Positions 37,331 through 51,485 of a DNA stretch of 64,000 bases are shown here, piece after piece. Each line of letters starts with the position of its first letter. The stretch's first letter is position 1. Under the pieces are notes generated by a model that was not told the origin of the DNA, did not search any database, and saw nothing but the letters and a program-made list of their open reading frames with translations. The DNA comes from Epiperipatus broadwayi (lineage: Eukaryota; Animalia; Onychophora): contig JAQFVV010000002.1 in the NCBI GenBank assembly GCA_028023455.1, positions 10,912,001-10,976,000 of the forward strand. Direction: 5' to 3'. Made by a program: the position numbers and the translations under genes.

Positions 37331-40300
37331 AAGTTTGGAGATACACTATTTTCAGACCTTCCTAAAACATATGGTATGATTGAAGATCTATCAGCCCCAT
37401 ATAGCTATTTGAGTTGGATAGCTGGGTTTGAAAACATGTAGGTGTTCTGAAAATTTCAGATTTTCCACTCAATAGATAACTTTTAGTTAAATGCAGGCTT
37501 TGTGTTGGTATTTTTAGATCTAGTGTCTGAACCTACTCTGACACCTCTATGAGGAGTGCCAAAGCATGAAACTATGGTCAGGAGTTTGGGGGGGGGGGTT
37601 CCTGACAGAGATATTTTAAATGCTTTTTCTGGCTAAGCATTTATCACAAAGCTTGTTGAGGAATTGGCAATTCTCATTGTTTATAACTTACAAGATTGTC
37701 ATTAGTACTATCCATTCTTAAAGATAAGGGTTAGTAAAAAAATAAAACTTAAATAAGATATATAAAGAGCATACAATAATAAATATTCTAATATTAATGT
37801 ATAAGCAAACACTAAGATTTAATACTAATTCAAATGTTACCTAAGCTTCTATCTTTTGGCATCTGATTCCTCTCTGACCATCTTGAAGAACAATATTACA
37901 TCATATAATGCAATTATAAAACCAATTAGTATAATTATTATCATTATTGAGATTTAAAAAAAAATATTTATGGAGTACTGTCTCTTTAATTATATATTAG
38001 GTATTTTATACAGCTATTATTAAAGCTCCAAATGATAAAAAAATTCATTCCTTAATTTACATTAAGATTACAAAATAATTGGTATTATCACAAAATAATT
38101 GGTATTATCATCTAAGGTCACATTCAAAGTTTCTCAATTGAACTGAAAGAAAACATGCATACTAATTCAATAATATCAATAATCATTTATTTGAAAGGAA
38201 AATTTTATGTTACACTATTACACCATTTATTTATATCAAATATTTTAGAGCCACACATTTCAGTCTTAATAACATTAGGCTAAAATATTATCAGGCCCCA
38301 CATTGGCACCAGAAGCTGTAATGAATAAATTAGCATGAGTAATCAGAAGATATCCAGTCATAAGAACTACCAAGAATGTACTAACAAAAATAAAATGAGA
38401 GTACATTACAGTGAGAAAAACTTATGATACTAAGTACAATTCATAATTATTTTAAAAAATAGTACATTATGCTGAAACTTATATTTAAGACTAGCAAAAA
38501 TTAATATCAATCATATTTAAGATTAGCTAAAATTAATATCTCAGAGTAATTTATCCTTTTCTGCACATAAAGTGTGTGATTAAATATTAGTAAGTGACTT
38601 TTCTATATTTCTATATTTTAATAATATGTGGAAAAGGGTTCTAAATTCTCACATTAAACAGTTAGAATGATTATCTCATTGTTTAAACATTATAGAATAA
38701 TTAATATTCCTCAAAATCATTAATCTCAGAAACTAAGAAAATGATTTATTATTGATATCACCAAACAGAAAAGAGATTTTATTATATCTAATCATATCTC
38801 ATATAAATAAAAATATGTAAATGGTGATTATGATGTTAATGGTTGCAAGTAAATACAATAAAGAATAACATTTCTTTTAAGAAATATGTAATAGTTTTAA
38901 AATCATGTGACCAAATTTTATTTGTTAAAAATATAAATGATGATCCTTAACTAATTAACAACAAAAACACAGATAATTTAACAAAATATATATTCAAAAT
39001 GAAAGACACAACAATAACAATAAGTCCTCTTTAAAAAAGAATAAATAATATTGTAACAATATAATCACTAAATACTTATTATTTTAATGATAACTACCTG
39101 TGTGATATATCATGTGATGCAAAAACAAAGCACTCAGTTGAAGAGGGTTGTATGGCATCTAATTGAAGGATTTATGAGCCAAGAAAAAATGTTTTATTAT
39201 CTTCTTTATTAATATGATTGGACATCTTGTTATAGATATCAGAATCATAAAGTTAACATTCTCATCAAAGGTAGGAAATAATGAAACATATTTTATGCTC
39301 ACAAAATTATAATTTTAACTTTGCCTATCACAGGAGCAGGTGACATTCATATAATATGCATAATAAACTTATATATAAAAGTATAAGATATTGTTAGGAA
39401 TTTGCTCAGATATTATCAGATACAGTATCTAATCTTTTTGGATTCACATGATACCTCTTTAGGTAAAGTAAGATAAAATGGGTAATCTTAATAAATGTCT
39501 AAACATCTATTTTAGATACCTTTCATCATATAAAGAAAAACATGAGGTTAAATTAAAAGACCAATAAAACACAAAATATTAAATATTGTTCTATCTAAAA
39601 TATATATATTCTTAATTACCTTAAAATCTAACCTAACCAATCTCCAAAGATAAGACAAATTAATAACACTCATTTATATCACATTGCAATCATTTTATTT
39701 CCATTATCACACTTTTTTTTTGATAATTTTTTATACATAATAATAAAATTTCAAATATACTAAAAAAAAAAAACAAATTCAATTTTATTATATATTTTTA
39801 AGGTTATTATCCATAGTCCTTTAAAAACATTCAAGATTAGTAATCTAAGTGCAATTATTTCAATATTCATAATTATTAAATTTTTGATGTTTCTAGGTTG
39901 GATTATCCTAATGGATAAGTGTAAAACACTTAATCCTTATATTAAATACATAATAACAAAGGTTGAGTTTTTTTAAATATCCTATAAAAATCAGTTTCCA
40001 AACAATGTTTTGACAAGCTTATAATTATTTTTTTATATTCCTTGTGCATTTAATCATAATAATTAACTCTTTCAGGGACAACTTTCATAGATAATAAAAT
40101 ATTATAAGTTTATTTTCAAGGATAAAATATTAATGAATGTAAGTTCAATTATTAGCAGTTATTCTAATAATAATTATCCATAATTTTATATAACTGTGGT
40201 CATTATATTATTAAAGACTTCATAATCCACTGGTTGCATTAATTTTATAGAATAAATCCAAAGCTTTATGTAGTTTTCATAAATATAATACCAAGCAATT

Positions 40301-41167
40301 AATTAGTCCATTAGTTCACATTAGTTTTATAATATTTATCTGAAGCATTAAGTTGATATAGCAAACATAATTCCAAACAATGATTTCTAGTTTGGAAAAA
40401 AGATGAATAAGCATGCAGTTCAGATAAAATGCAACATTCCATGAAACAGTCTTAAATTTTTTATAGTAAAATTCAAATATTGGTTTTCATTTCTTTTAAA
40501 ATTTTTTATTGAAGGGATACATGTTAGAGTTTAAATTTCTCCATTCAAAACAATGAGAGAAGCATTTGCTATTAAAAGACAAATGTTTATTTGGTTGTTT
40601 AACCAGACATCATTTTGAGGCAGGATGTCAGTATTGTTAATTTTGAATTTAAATCCTATGCAATCCTTCTGCCTACAATTTAGTATAAGATTAAACAATT
40701 TTTAGCACATAGGAGTATTTATGGGTTTCTGTTTTATGAACGCAGGTCATAGCTTTAAACCAAAATCATTCATTTTTGGGGGAATTTTACAAGACTATTC
40801 TTTCATGGTCTTTAGAAATGGAATATAGCAGGTGATGTATTGATATTTTAAAAATATATAGCATCAAAATTTTGTGATGATATCATTCTAACAGTCTAGA
40901 CAAATATTATTTGAAATATTAAAATATCAGATTACATTAATTAAACGATTAAGACAAAGTAAAATAAATGCATTATTGTTTTGCAAATAGTATTAAAGTA
41001 TCTAAATGATTTTTCATTTTATTTCATTTTTAAAGTTTTCATTATAATAAATCTATTTAAAACATTTTGTCATTATATCTTTTAATTATAAATACATTTA
41101 ACCACATGAACAATTGTGCTCATACTCACATCTGTTTGAATATTATGTTAAAACTTTAAATTATTAA

Positions 41168-41193
41168 GTGTGTGTGTGTGTGTGGGGGGGGGG
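41168..41193. repeat. (GT)n microsatellite followed by a poly-G tract
   Basis: gtgtgtgtgtgtgtg followed by a G run, directly visible. Confidence 0.9.
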
Positions 41194-42548
41194 GGTAATA
41201 ACAAACTTTACTGTTATTTTTATCTTATTATTTTTTCAAAGATAATTTTAAGTGTATGTGTATCATTTTAATCTATCTTTTAACTACAATAAAACAAAAT
41301 TTGATACATATAATTTTTCTTAAGATGCCAAATATTTATAAAATCTATATGGAGAACATCTTGGATATTTTAGTAACTTTCTTCAGTTAGGTATTCTCAC
41401 CAGCAATATGAATATTCCTTCCAAACAACACTATTTGTAATAATAACAGTAATAATAAATAATATTTACTTTCTTGATAAGCTAATAAAATTTTTTAGAA
41501 TTTATTATAGTGACTTTTAACTTGTATCTAAAAATATCTTTATAGTATATATATATATTACAACAGTACACATCATTTTTACTCATATAGAGGAATATTT
41601 ATCATTAAGGCATGTTTATAAATTGACTATAATAAAATTTTCTGTTTTATTATTTACAAGTTAATCAACAAAGTAATATAGGAAAGAAATCATCCATACT
41701 TAAGAATAGCTTGTATTTGAACACCAGCATTAAATGTAAATTGATGTGTTATTTTAATGGTAAGACAAATGTGATCCAAAAACTAATTCTTCATCTGATT
41801 ATGAAATATCAATTTATAATTTTATACTGAATTGTGAATTGATTATTTCTAGGCAGTTAGCTTAAAATGTGACGTATGATTAATTAGTACAAAAATAACT
41901 TTGGATGAAGTGGATGAGATTTTCTGTAAAAATATAAGTAATAATTCACCCCTCCCCCACAACATACTTATTTTAATTATTTATAAGTGAATAAAAAAAA
42001 TATTAAATGGCAAAATATTTAAAAAAAAAGAAGTAAAAATATTAAACAATTAAAAAATGTCTAAAATTAAATAATTCATATAATAAAAGTTCTTAAGTTT
42101 GTTTACATATTTTCATAAAGGCATTAATTAATTATTTATTAAAATGTTTTACTGATATTTTTAGAATCAGTTCAGTTATAGTACCTATTTATATATTTTA
42201 TTTTTCTGTGGCTGAACTTGTATGATATTTTGTCTTTTTCTGCTGACCTTTTCATGAATGATGTTTTCTTCACTGTTTCTTGGTAAATAAGTTTCTTGTT
42301 AGACAACTGGAGATAATTTGATAGATGACCATAATTGCTATTCAATTCATAAGTAAATATTTGATAACAAACTAAAGATAGGCATATTTAATTGGTAAAA
42401 GCAATATTTTTATTGCCTGATAACATAGAGCAGTCAATGATGATCAGACATAATAAGAGCCTTCAGCTTGCCATCAAGGATATTTTATAACTGTGTTTGA
42501 TGGCTTCCATAACTATTGGTTATTACTGTTTTCCCATTTTTGAGGATT

Positions 42549-42592
42549 CCAGATTTAGCTATCTTGTGGCCAGATTTAGCTATCTTGTGGCC
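42549..42592. repeat. Short perfect tandem duplication (about 21 bp x2)
   Basis: ccagatttagctatcttgtgg occurs twice in tandem. Confidence 0.9.
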
Positions 42593-44297
42593 AATCTACT
42601 TCTTCACAGCAAAAAAATAGGAGAGAGGAAAATCTTATGGATCTAGTCTTACATATGTAATCTAATATATGACAGCTGTTTTTGATAAACATTCTAAGGA
42701 TTAAATTTAGATCTTTAATCTGCCTTTGAAATTACCTCCATCCCACTTACAAATTTTGTTATTGGCTTTTGAATTTAGTAATATTGCTTAGCAACCATCC
42801 TTCTTTTTAAAAAGATTTTATTTCAAAGATAAAAATAATTTTACAATTAAATATAGTATGCATTTTATGTTTAAGTTCCTTTTAATGTATTAGAAGTACA
42901 TAGAATATAAAAAATATTGGATAATAAAATGCATTTCTTACTCTTCTCTTTTATTTTTATTAATTACACTTAATTTTTATTAAAGCTTTTAATCTACCAT
43001 GAGGGATAAATATTAAATGCTAACTCAAGTAGTTAATGAAAAACTCTTTTCATGTCAGTTAATAAAGTTTCATTCTACTGCACTATATACATATTAATAG
43101 TCTTTGTGCCACTGGATGGCACAATATATTAAATAAATTTACATAAACAAAACATAAATATAATCCAAATCCTCAGAATAGTAGCTGTTAAGAAATGATA
43201 AATTATTTTAATGCTATAATTCATGGATCAGTTTTGAAAGCAAGTATAAATTTGCATTGTTGAAAGCATATAATAATTTAACTATGGATTATAATTTCTA
43301 CATTTTGTAAGATTTATTTTTTACTTATGTGATGTTTTAAGTAAATGCTGAAGATTTTAAAAGTTTCTTGTAAAAATTCATTAAAAGCAGTACAACTTTG
43401 AAAGAAATGTAAAATTTCATTATTGGCATGGATCATATATTAAATTTAATTGAAGTTTCAATGACAAAGTTATAATTTTATAAAGTTAAACATGAATTTC
43501 AAGGCCTTCATTGAAATTATTATATTTTGAAAAGCATTAATTTCTAGAAAATAAGGTAAATTATCTCATGAAATAATAGGAGATATTTTAATATCTTTAT
43601 AAATAATATTAACTAAGAATTCTTAAAGTCAACACTTAATTTATTGTGGAATGTTGATAATTTTAATGTAAAAACACTAATTTTTCTATAGATAATCTAA
43701 AGGGTGGAATAAGAATAATTGCTGTGATTGATTCCATGCCATTTGCATAAAACATTTTGCATTTTTGTGTATAACGTAAAAGGCATGGACATACTAAATC
43801 AAGATCCCAGTAAATCAGTTGTATGATGCAGATCAAGAGTTCCCAAACTTTTTTCAGCTGCAGACCCCTCTACCAAAAACTTTTAAAACCATCGACCCCC
43901 TAGTCATTTACTTTACATACTCAAATTAATAAATTTGTACAGTATATTAAATATTTATTAGATTTCAAACTTTTCATTATAATCACTTGTAATTAATGAT
44001 TGATAAAGATAAAACGACTACCGAATATGACATTATCTTGTGCAACATTTAATATTGAAACCTGACTAACAAAAATTAAAACAAAAAAAAATACGAACAG
44101 ATTTTTTTTTTTAATTTTTGGCATTTATGAAATGAATATGCAAATTTAAAATAAATACAAATATTGAAATCACAAATGAGGGGGGGAAATCAATATCTTC
44201 AGACAGAATTAAACTTCTACAATTTTACAACAATGAAAGATTTTAATCAGAATTATAAAAATAAGAACACCAAATAAATTAGCTTGGAAAATTGAAT

Positions 44298-44453
44298 TTA
44301 ATGAGATGGGTGTATCTGATGATCTGTCAACAATTTATCTATGTCTGGTTTTAAATTAGTGAGTTGCATTCCCAAATCTCCACATTCAGTAAGATGCAAT
44401 TCTAGCTTCAAATAATCCAAGCTGTACTGTCTGCATTTTTTTGGTTCAGTCAT
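44298..44453 (-). CDS. 51-aa in-frame fusion of hAT transposase N-terminus and C-terminus
   Basis: MTEPKKCRQYSLDYLKL-ELHLTECGDLGMQLTNLKPDIDKLLTDHQIHPSH*. The start resembles the KKCRQYS..YLK pre-BED segment and the end resembles the typical ...HQxHPSH* terminus. Confidence 0.6.
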   Translation of the reverse strand: MTEPKKCRQYSLDYLKLELHLTECGDLGMQLTNLKPDIDKLLTDHQIHPSH

Positions 44454-44724
44454 ATTATTATTGGGTGCTTCTCTTATAGCTAAAGATGCCGTTGGATGGC
44501 ACCATTTTCACGCTAAAACTATCAAATATGAACATTCACGGGCCATTGATTTAAATAATTTTTCTGTGCTTTTTTGTAATGCGAAAATAAAAACAAAACA
44601 AAATTGTCTTTTTTAAATATTATTTTTTATTAACGTATACAATTTAAATGATAATAATAAATGTAAAATAAAATCAACAAATTACAATTTGATTCGTGTT
44701 TTTTATATCGTATACTTTTTAAAT

Positions 44725-44840
44725 TGTGTTACGGCCTTTTTTTTTATCAATTTTCTATCGGATATTTTTTTACTTGTGTTATGGCTTTTTTTTTATCAAT
44801 TTTCTATCGGACATTTTTTTACTTGTGTTACGACTTTTTT
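44725..44840. repeat. About 50-bp internal tandem repeat (about 2.3 copies) in the MITE
   Basis: tgtgtta(c/t)g recurs at about 44725, 44775 and 44824, with tatcaattttctatcgg repeated. Confidence 0.85.
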
Positions 44841-44892
44841 TGTTGTTGTTTAACTAAAAAATAATAATCATAATAAAAGTAAAAGTTGTTAC

Positions 44893-44964
44893 GGTTAGAT
44901 TTAGGGTTAGTTTTAGGGTTAGTTTAGGGTTAGGTTTATGGTTAGTTTTAGGGTTAGGGTTAGT
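44893..44964 (+). repeat. Degenerate telomere-like (TTAGGG/TTAGG) array inside the MITE
   Basis: ttagggttagttttagggttagtttagggttagg...tagggttagggttag. Confidence 0.85.
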
Positions 44965-47945
44965 GTTCTGTTGTTTGTAATGCTAAAATAAAAAAATTCA
45001 AAATCGTAACCATACTCGTACAAAAGAAAGAAACTCAAACTTTTTTAAACAACAACAAACACATACAAATGTCTTCTTTACTTATTAAACATGTTTATAA
45101 TATTTGATTTTTATGAAATTTACAAAAAAAAAAACGTGTATATTTGGACTTTTCTTACTGGATATTTTTTTTGTACCACTCTTTTTTACTTCAAAAATAT
45201 ACAGACGGTAGAATCTTCTTTGTCTCGTGGAATGTTACTAACAGTACATTACTTGACACGTTACCTAATTGCAACTCAATAAAAACATAGATATTTAACA
45301 TTTTCCCAAATAAAAGTTCAATACATTACATTGTAAAAAGTCTTATAATTATTGCTTTAAAAAATCTGAACATTTCAATAGTTTAAAATTAAAAAAAATC
45401 CAATGAAAACAACATTTCAATACAATTCAAATACAAACTCTCTCATCAAGCTGTAATTATTTTATAACTTGTGCGAATTCGGAAAATGTATTTGCTGCTA
45501 TGCGACATACATGCTGTACTGCGACATTGCGGCCTGCATTCTGTAGCACAACAAAAAAGTTATATTATAGAAAACACGGGTTCGAACATGTCGGCCGTGG
45601 AAACAGCATTTTTATATGTTTTGGCGCGAAAACCGTGCCATAGAGCGGCATCTTTAGCTAAAAGATGAGTACCTATTATTGTAAGAAATAAAAACTTTTA
45701 TTAACAAACAAGTTTGATATCTCTGTGATAAAATAAAACAATAAATATGTACTTACTTGAAAACAAAGATTTTTGTTCAAACTCGAATTAATAAATTGTG
45801 TCCTCTAATTTTCTTTTTGTAGTATTGCTCCTCAATAAATAATTATATTTAACGTTCAAACCACAAATAAATATATGTCACATCAAATGAACAAATTTAT
45901 AATGTTTTATAAAAGCATGACCATTTAAGACTGATATAGATTCTGCTAATATTGAATATTGTCTCATTCCACCATGAGCAAGTGTGGATATGCAATGGTT
46001 TTTTATGTCTGCACTTGCTTTGATACATTCAATACAATGCACAGATATGTTTGTGCTATGTGTATGTTCATGCATTTTTACATGTGACTTTTACATTTAC
46101 CTTTTTGTTTGCAAGTTTGGTATGTAATGTGTTTTTATCAAATAAGTTTTTAAAAATTATTTTACTTCTTAATTAGGTACTTATTGGAATTATAGATATT
46201 TTGAAGTAATAAACAAATAGCAGTTGTAAGGGGGTTTATTTTTTCTGTCATTGATCCCCAAATTTTTTTTATTGAAACTATTGATTCCTAGAAAGATCAA
46301 ATTGACCCCAGGTGGGTCAATATTGACAACTTTGGAAACTCATGTAGATAATAGAAAAGAAGTTCAGAAAAATCATATATTTAATGCTTTGATTATTATT
46401 GATTTTATTATTAGGAATAGAATGTATATTACTTAATTAAAATGTAATGTAATTTAATTAAAATATTCAATAACATAAATAACTTTAAGAAGCTAAATTA
46501 CAATTTTGATCATAGAAGAATTAGTACCTGTTTGTGCAGTAAACATTGTGAAGGCTTATTATTAAATTTGTATAATGGAATAAAAACATTAATAATAAAA
46601 TATGGAAATGCAAAAGTTTAACTTAGTTTAGTTAAGCTCCAAATGTTAGTATGATGACAATTCAGAAAATCTTATTATTTTGGATACTTTAATTCCTCTA
46701 ACATTTAATCCAGCATTTATTGATTGAAACATTGCAGAAAAATAATGTAATATTACCTTTGCTTAATTATCTACATGTAAACACTCATTCAAAAAAATTG
46801 CTTCCTGTTTTCATGAAAGTCTATTTCATTATTTTTTCTACCATTCTCAAATTGAAAATTCTACATTAACAGAACAACATTATAGCTGTCTGCCTGCATT
46901 AATCACTTTCTGTTTTAGATAAGCAGAGAGATATTTTAATGATTTCCATTTTTTAATTACAAAGAATCTTTAATAATTTTGAAGAAATAAAGCAGGATAC
47001 ATTATCACTAGACACCATAGGAATTTGAATAATCTCACCAAACTTAGAAAACTATTTTTAGAAATAATTTTTATCAAAGGCATTTTGACTGTGCAGAGCA
47101 TATCTATAAATTATTGATTAACTATTCAAAAATCGTAATATATTTTTAGCTGTACCAGGAATCGGGATAGTACCTATTCTGATAATTAACCAAAACATAT
47201 GTAAAGAGCCTACATGCATTATAATGAGCCATTCATTTCAGTTCTATTTTCTTTAGTATTATAAAGAAATATAATAAAAATTTAAGTTTTTTAATAAAAT
47301 TTAATTAAGATTGATTTTGCTGATGATGATCAAACTATGCATGACTTATATAAATATTCTATAGAAAATAACCAGAATATACTCCCTGATCACTGTACAC
47401 CCAAGCCATCCCTTAGAGGATTATATTAATCTTTTCTATATATATATATTGAGATAGTTATGTGTCGCATAGCATACAACCAAATGGTAATGTGTGTGCA
47501 CACATATATAAAAAGTTGAAAAGAAAAGTAGAAATTAAGACAAATTTTTTTGAGATATTGTAGACATTATACTGGAATAACAGCTAAGGATTAAATAATT
47601 TTGAATTAAAAAAATATATAAATTAAACATTTAAAAAGGTCTAATTAATATTTTATTAATTCTGATTCTGAAATTAAAATGAGCATGTTTTTATGTTACA
47701 AGAGATATACTGGTAATTATAAAATTCCACTATCTATTTTGATAAAAATCTTATAAAGTTGATTTTGAAAGGATTAAGGTGAATTGAAAACAGTCATTAA
47801 CTTATTTCAACCATGATAAAGAAAACTTACTTTTAATTACTGTGTTTTTAAATTCCATCCTGACTATAAAACGATTGAAAAAAAGATTTGAAGTTTTAGA
47901 GTTTTGCAGTAGTAGAGTGACTATGAAGTTATAGCTGAAGGCAAG

Positions 47946-48141
47946 TCAGTTGCTGCTATTGTCACAATGGAAGAGTGTGGAATCACATGGAAATAAAGGC
48001 CCTCTATACCGTATACTGTGTACTATATTGTATGTCTGAATTCTATCAAATTCTAGATTAAATGGAGCTGATGGAATGTCAACAGTTACAGTATCTACCT
48101 TTTCTAAAGATGGCAATAAGCCAAGAGATTTCATAAGCTTT
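47946..48141 (-). CDS. Candidate coding exon of unknown function (strand uncertain)
   Basis: A minus-strand acceptor ctaatttttcag precedes the open frame KLMKSLGLLPSLEKVDTVTVDIPSAPFNLEFDRIQTYNIVHSIR. The composition is coding-like but I do not recognise the protein. Confidence 0.3.
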
Positions 48142-48525
48142 CTGAAAAATTAGTTTATATGTATACTACTTTATCTATAATCAGAGAAGCACAGATAAAG
48201 GAACTGTGTTATATAATTACAGTTGGTGAGTAGAATGTGATATATAGATATATATTGAGAATAATATTTTAAATAATTTTTTGAAAATAAAAAAAATTCT
48301 AATTTAAAAGTAAAACAAGTAAATAAATTTTGCTAGAATTATAAGTCTAAAAACAAAGAATTGATTCATAAATGATATTATTTTGAAATTAAAACAAAAA
48401 CCCAAAGGATTTTTTTTTAAAAATAGACTTTCCAAACTGGATCTAATGAGCAATTATTTTTAAAAAGGAAAAATAAACTTTTGTGAAGGACTATCAAAGA
48501 AGTTATCTATATTTTTTAAAAGAAT

Positions 48526-48624
48526 TTCAAGCTTTGGTGGTCGAGTGGTCAGCACAGCTACCTTACAAGCAGTTGTTTCAGGTTCGCTTCCTGGCCGATG
48601 CTATGACACATGAGAAAAAAAAAA
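48526..48624 (+). mobile_element. tRNA-Gly-derived short SINE (older copy) with A-tail
   Basis: TTCAA GCTTTGGTGGTCGAGTGGTCAGCACAGCTACCTTACAAGCAGTTGTTTCAGGTTCGCTTCCTGGCCGATGCT ATGACACATG plus A-tail; no clear TSD. Confidence 0.8.
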
Positions 48625-50603
48625 GTAAAATGAAAATGTTTTTTAGAAATAATGAATTAAATAATAACTTTGGTTCACACTATCTATTTATATATATACA
48701 CACATATGTGTGAATTTTATATATATTTCCTACATAGAATTAATTGTGTATTGAGAAAATACCATATGGTTTATTATGTTTATTATTTTATAAATGCCAG
48801 TGTGTGCACACATTATGTTAAATCATTTATTAATTATGTATTATAAAAATGGATTTCATTTATAGGTTTATGACAATAGAAATATGTTTATAAATTATTA
48901 TACTACACATATGTGAACCTATTATGAGGTATTTGTGTTAATCAAATTCAGAATTCTGAATTTATATTTATGGCATACTCAGCAGACCTTAATTTCATTT
49001 TAATTGTTATTAATAAATTGACATTTTCATAATTGAAGTTATTCCATTAAGCATCACATTACTCAATCCTAAAATAGTTTTAGAACATTACATGTTTGTA
49101 TTATCTATGTTACTCACAGTAACAGTTAGAGCTTTTGTTCACTGAGCTGGAGTGATGCATAATGGTCTATTATATGAAATAGGTTTATATTTAGTGTTTG
49201 TGGACATGTAGTTGATGATGATTTCATTATTTCTCTAATGCTGGATGGCACAAAGGAGCTATCTTTTAAAGTCCTTCACTACATTTCATTTTATTTATTT
49301 CTTAGAAATTTAATTCATATTTGACCAGTACATTAATGGTGTTAAGCCACTAAACATCACATGATCACCATCTCATGTTAGCACATAACTGTGTGTATAT
49401 GGATAGTTTTTGCCTGTTTACATTAATGGTAATAAGTGGTCAGAGTATTCATGATGATCAGTATGTTTTCATATCTTAACATTATTTTTTAATTGTTATA
49501 TTCTTATGGATTAGCATTTAAGTTTGTACATCCAAATTATTGTTTAAATAATCTGCCCCAAGCTGGCAAGGGCTAAATAATTAGCCTGGTCTATAATACA
49601 CCCATTTCAAATATAATCACAAAATTGATTGTTGATTTATTGTATTGTTGATCATTTATGACGATGAATGATTATTGCTTTGTGTAATGCTGGTGAACTT
49701 ATAGTTATTTATAGTTAGTTTTTCTGATCTCTCTGGCTCATTCCTCATGATATTCATTTGTATTTAATTGTATATTTAAATTATATATTGATTTGGGGAT
49801 GATGATGAATGTCATCACCCCAGGTTGGTTCACACCTGAATTTTCCATACCATTATAATGTATATATAAATACAGTGCCATATTATCGCTTTGAATGTCA
49901 CTTTTATTTTCAAAAAAATGCCTATGGATGCATTACCTTCTGGAAATATCATTCCAATTTTACACCATTATTATTCCAGTACTTTTCCACCTTAGAACAT
50001 GATTTCTCAGAATGAATAGTGAATTGTTCATGTAAATATTTGTAATGAGATCAATGATATAAAAACTGAACAGACAAGTAAGTAATTTATATAACAAAAT
50101 TTATTAAAAATATTCTTGATTAGTATTTATGATTATTCATATTTATTTACATAGACATCATTATAACCCTTTAATATATATATATCGAAAGTGACAAATT
50201 ATTTTGAAAATTTCCCTATGACCTGTATTAATATCCTGTTTTTAAAATCTACTTACCATTGTTAATAATTATATATATAAATTTTAGATATTTAAAAAAA
50301 TGTTTTTATTCATTTTATTATTAAATTTTTACTATTGATGTCCTATTATTTACATATATAAAAGTGAAAGGATTTATTGTGGTTTCTTTGATCACTCAGT
50401 AATATTACTATTTATCATAAGTATACTTATACAGTATACATACTCTGTAACTCTGTGCTTGTTCTATGTTGTGCTTGTATTCCATGTTACTTAAGATGAA
50501 ATTCTCTTAGGTTGGTCAATATTTATTTCTTTCATGTTAAATTTTATTTTCAGTGTAAGTAATCTTTTACTTTATCAGTAGACTTGATAACTATTGGCAA
50601 TAA

Positions 50604-51485
50604 TAAAATATTTCCATTATGAGTAGGCAAAACTACTCTAGAGCATTGCAATTTCTGGGCTGCCAACAGGCCTTATTTTAAGATTAAAACAGTTACATGA
50701 TTCAGATTTTATCTGGTAATATCTGGCAATTTTAGCACATAGTTTTAATAGTTTTCAATCTAGAAAAATTTGTCATTTTAGCTGTATTTAAATTAGTACT
50801 GGCAAATATTTATAACAGCTGGATATTTTTAAAGACAGATAATTGTTTCTGAATTATTCCTATTAAAGACAATTGCTATAAGTCAAAATCTTTCCACAAA
50901 TTGTTGAGGTCTTTTTTTAATTGCAGACTTGTCTGTATGTGTACTTTGATTTACAAGTAACATTTTCTTTTTTTTTTCATCTGTTTATATGTAGTCATGC
51001 CAATGCATAAGAGATTGCATATCTTTCCCATCACCCTCAATTCCAATTTCTTTCTTGTTGCCATTTTCTTTTTGTATTCTTGCTGTACTTTAATATGATA
51101 TTATCACTAATCTGCTGCTTTTCAATCAACATCTGATTACCAGATTTCCTTTTAATTAAACCAAAGACAAGTGTACAATTAAAAAAAGAACTCAACAATA
51201 TGTGGAAAGATTTTGACTTATAGCAGATGTCTTTAATATGAATAGTTCAGGAACAGTTATTTGTCTTTAAAAATATACAGCTGTTATAAAAATTTACCAG
51301 TGCTAATTTAAATACAGGAAAAATGCCAATTTTTTCTAGATTGTAAACTATGTATTAAAATTGCCAGATATTACCAGATGAAGCCTGAATCAGGTAACTA
51401 TTTTAATCCTAAAATAGGCCTGTTGGCAGCCCAGAAATTGCAATGCTCTACAGTAATTTAGCCTATTCATAATGGAAATATTTTA
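50604..51485. mobile_element. Foldback/MITE-like element with about 320-330-bp inverted arms
   Basis: 50604-50933 is the reverse complement of 51166-51485 (for example gcattgcaatttctgggctgccaacaggcc); spacer about 230 bp; no TSD resolved. Confidence 0.85.

Larger units (their letters stand above)
44479..45658. mobile_element. Young MITE (about 1.18 kb) with TIRs and TA TSD, nested in the hAT element
   Basis: Perfect TIRs GCTAAAGATGCCG / CGGCATCTTTAGC extend imperfectly to about 24 bp (...ATGGCAC). TA flanks both sides (44477-44478 and 45659-45660). CpG-rich relative to the flanks. Confidence 0.85.
43834..46341 (-). mobile_element. Non-autonomous hAT (Charlie/Buster-type) deletion derivative with nested MITE
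   Basis: Termini CAAGAGTTCCCAAACT and ACTTTGGAAACTC with GACCCC-type subterminal motifs. 8-bp TSD atgcagat (43826-43833) / atgtagat (46342-46349). Internal transposase N- and C-terminal remnants. Confidence 0.72.

Noticed and set aside
44893-44964. Interstitial telomere from a chromosome fusion
   Set aside because: The array is short, degenerate, in one orientation only, and lies inside a TIR/TSD-bounded MITE.
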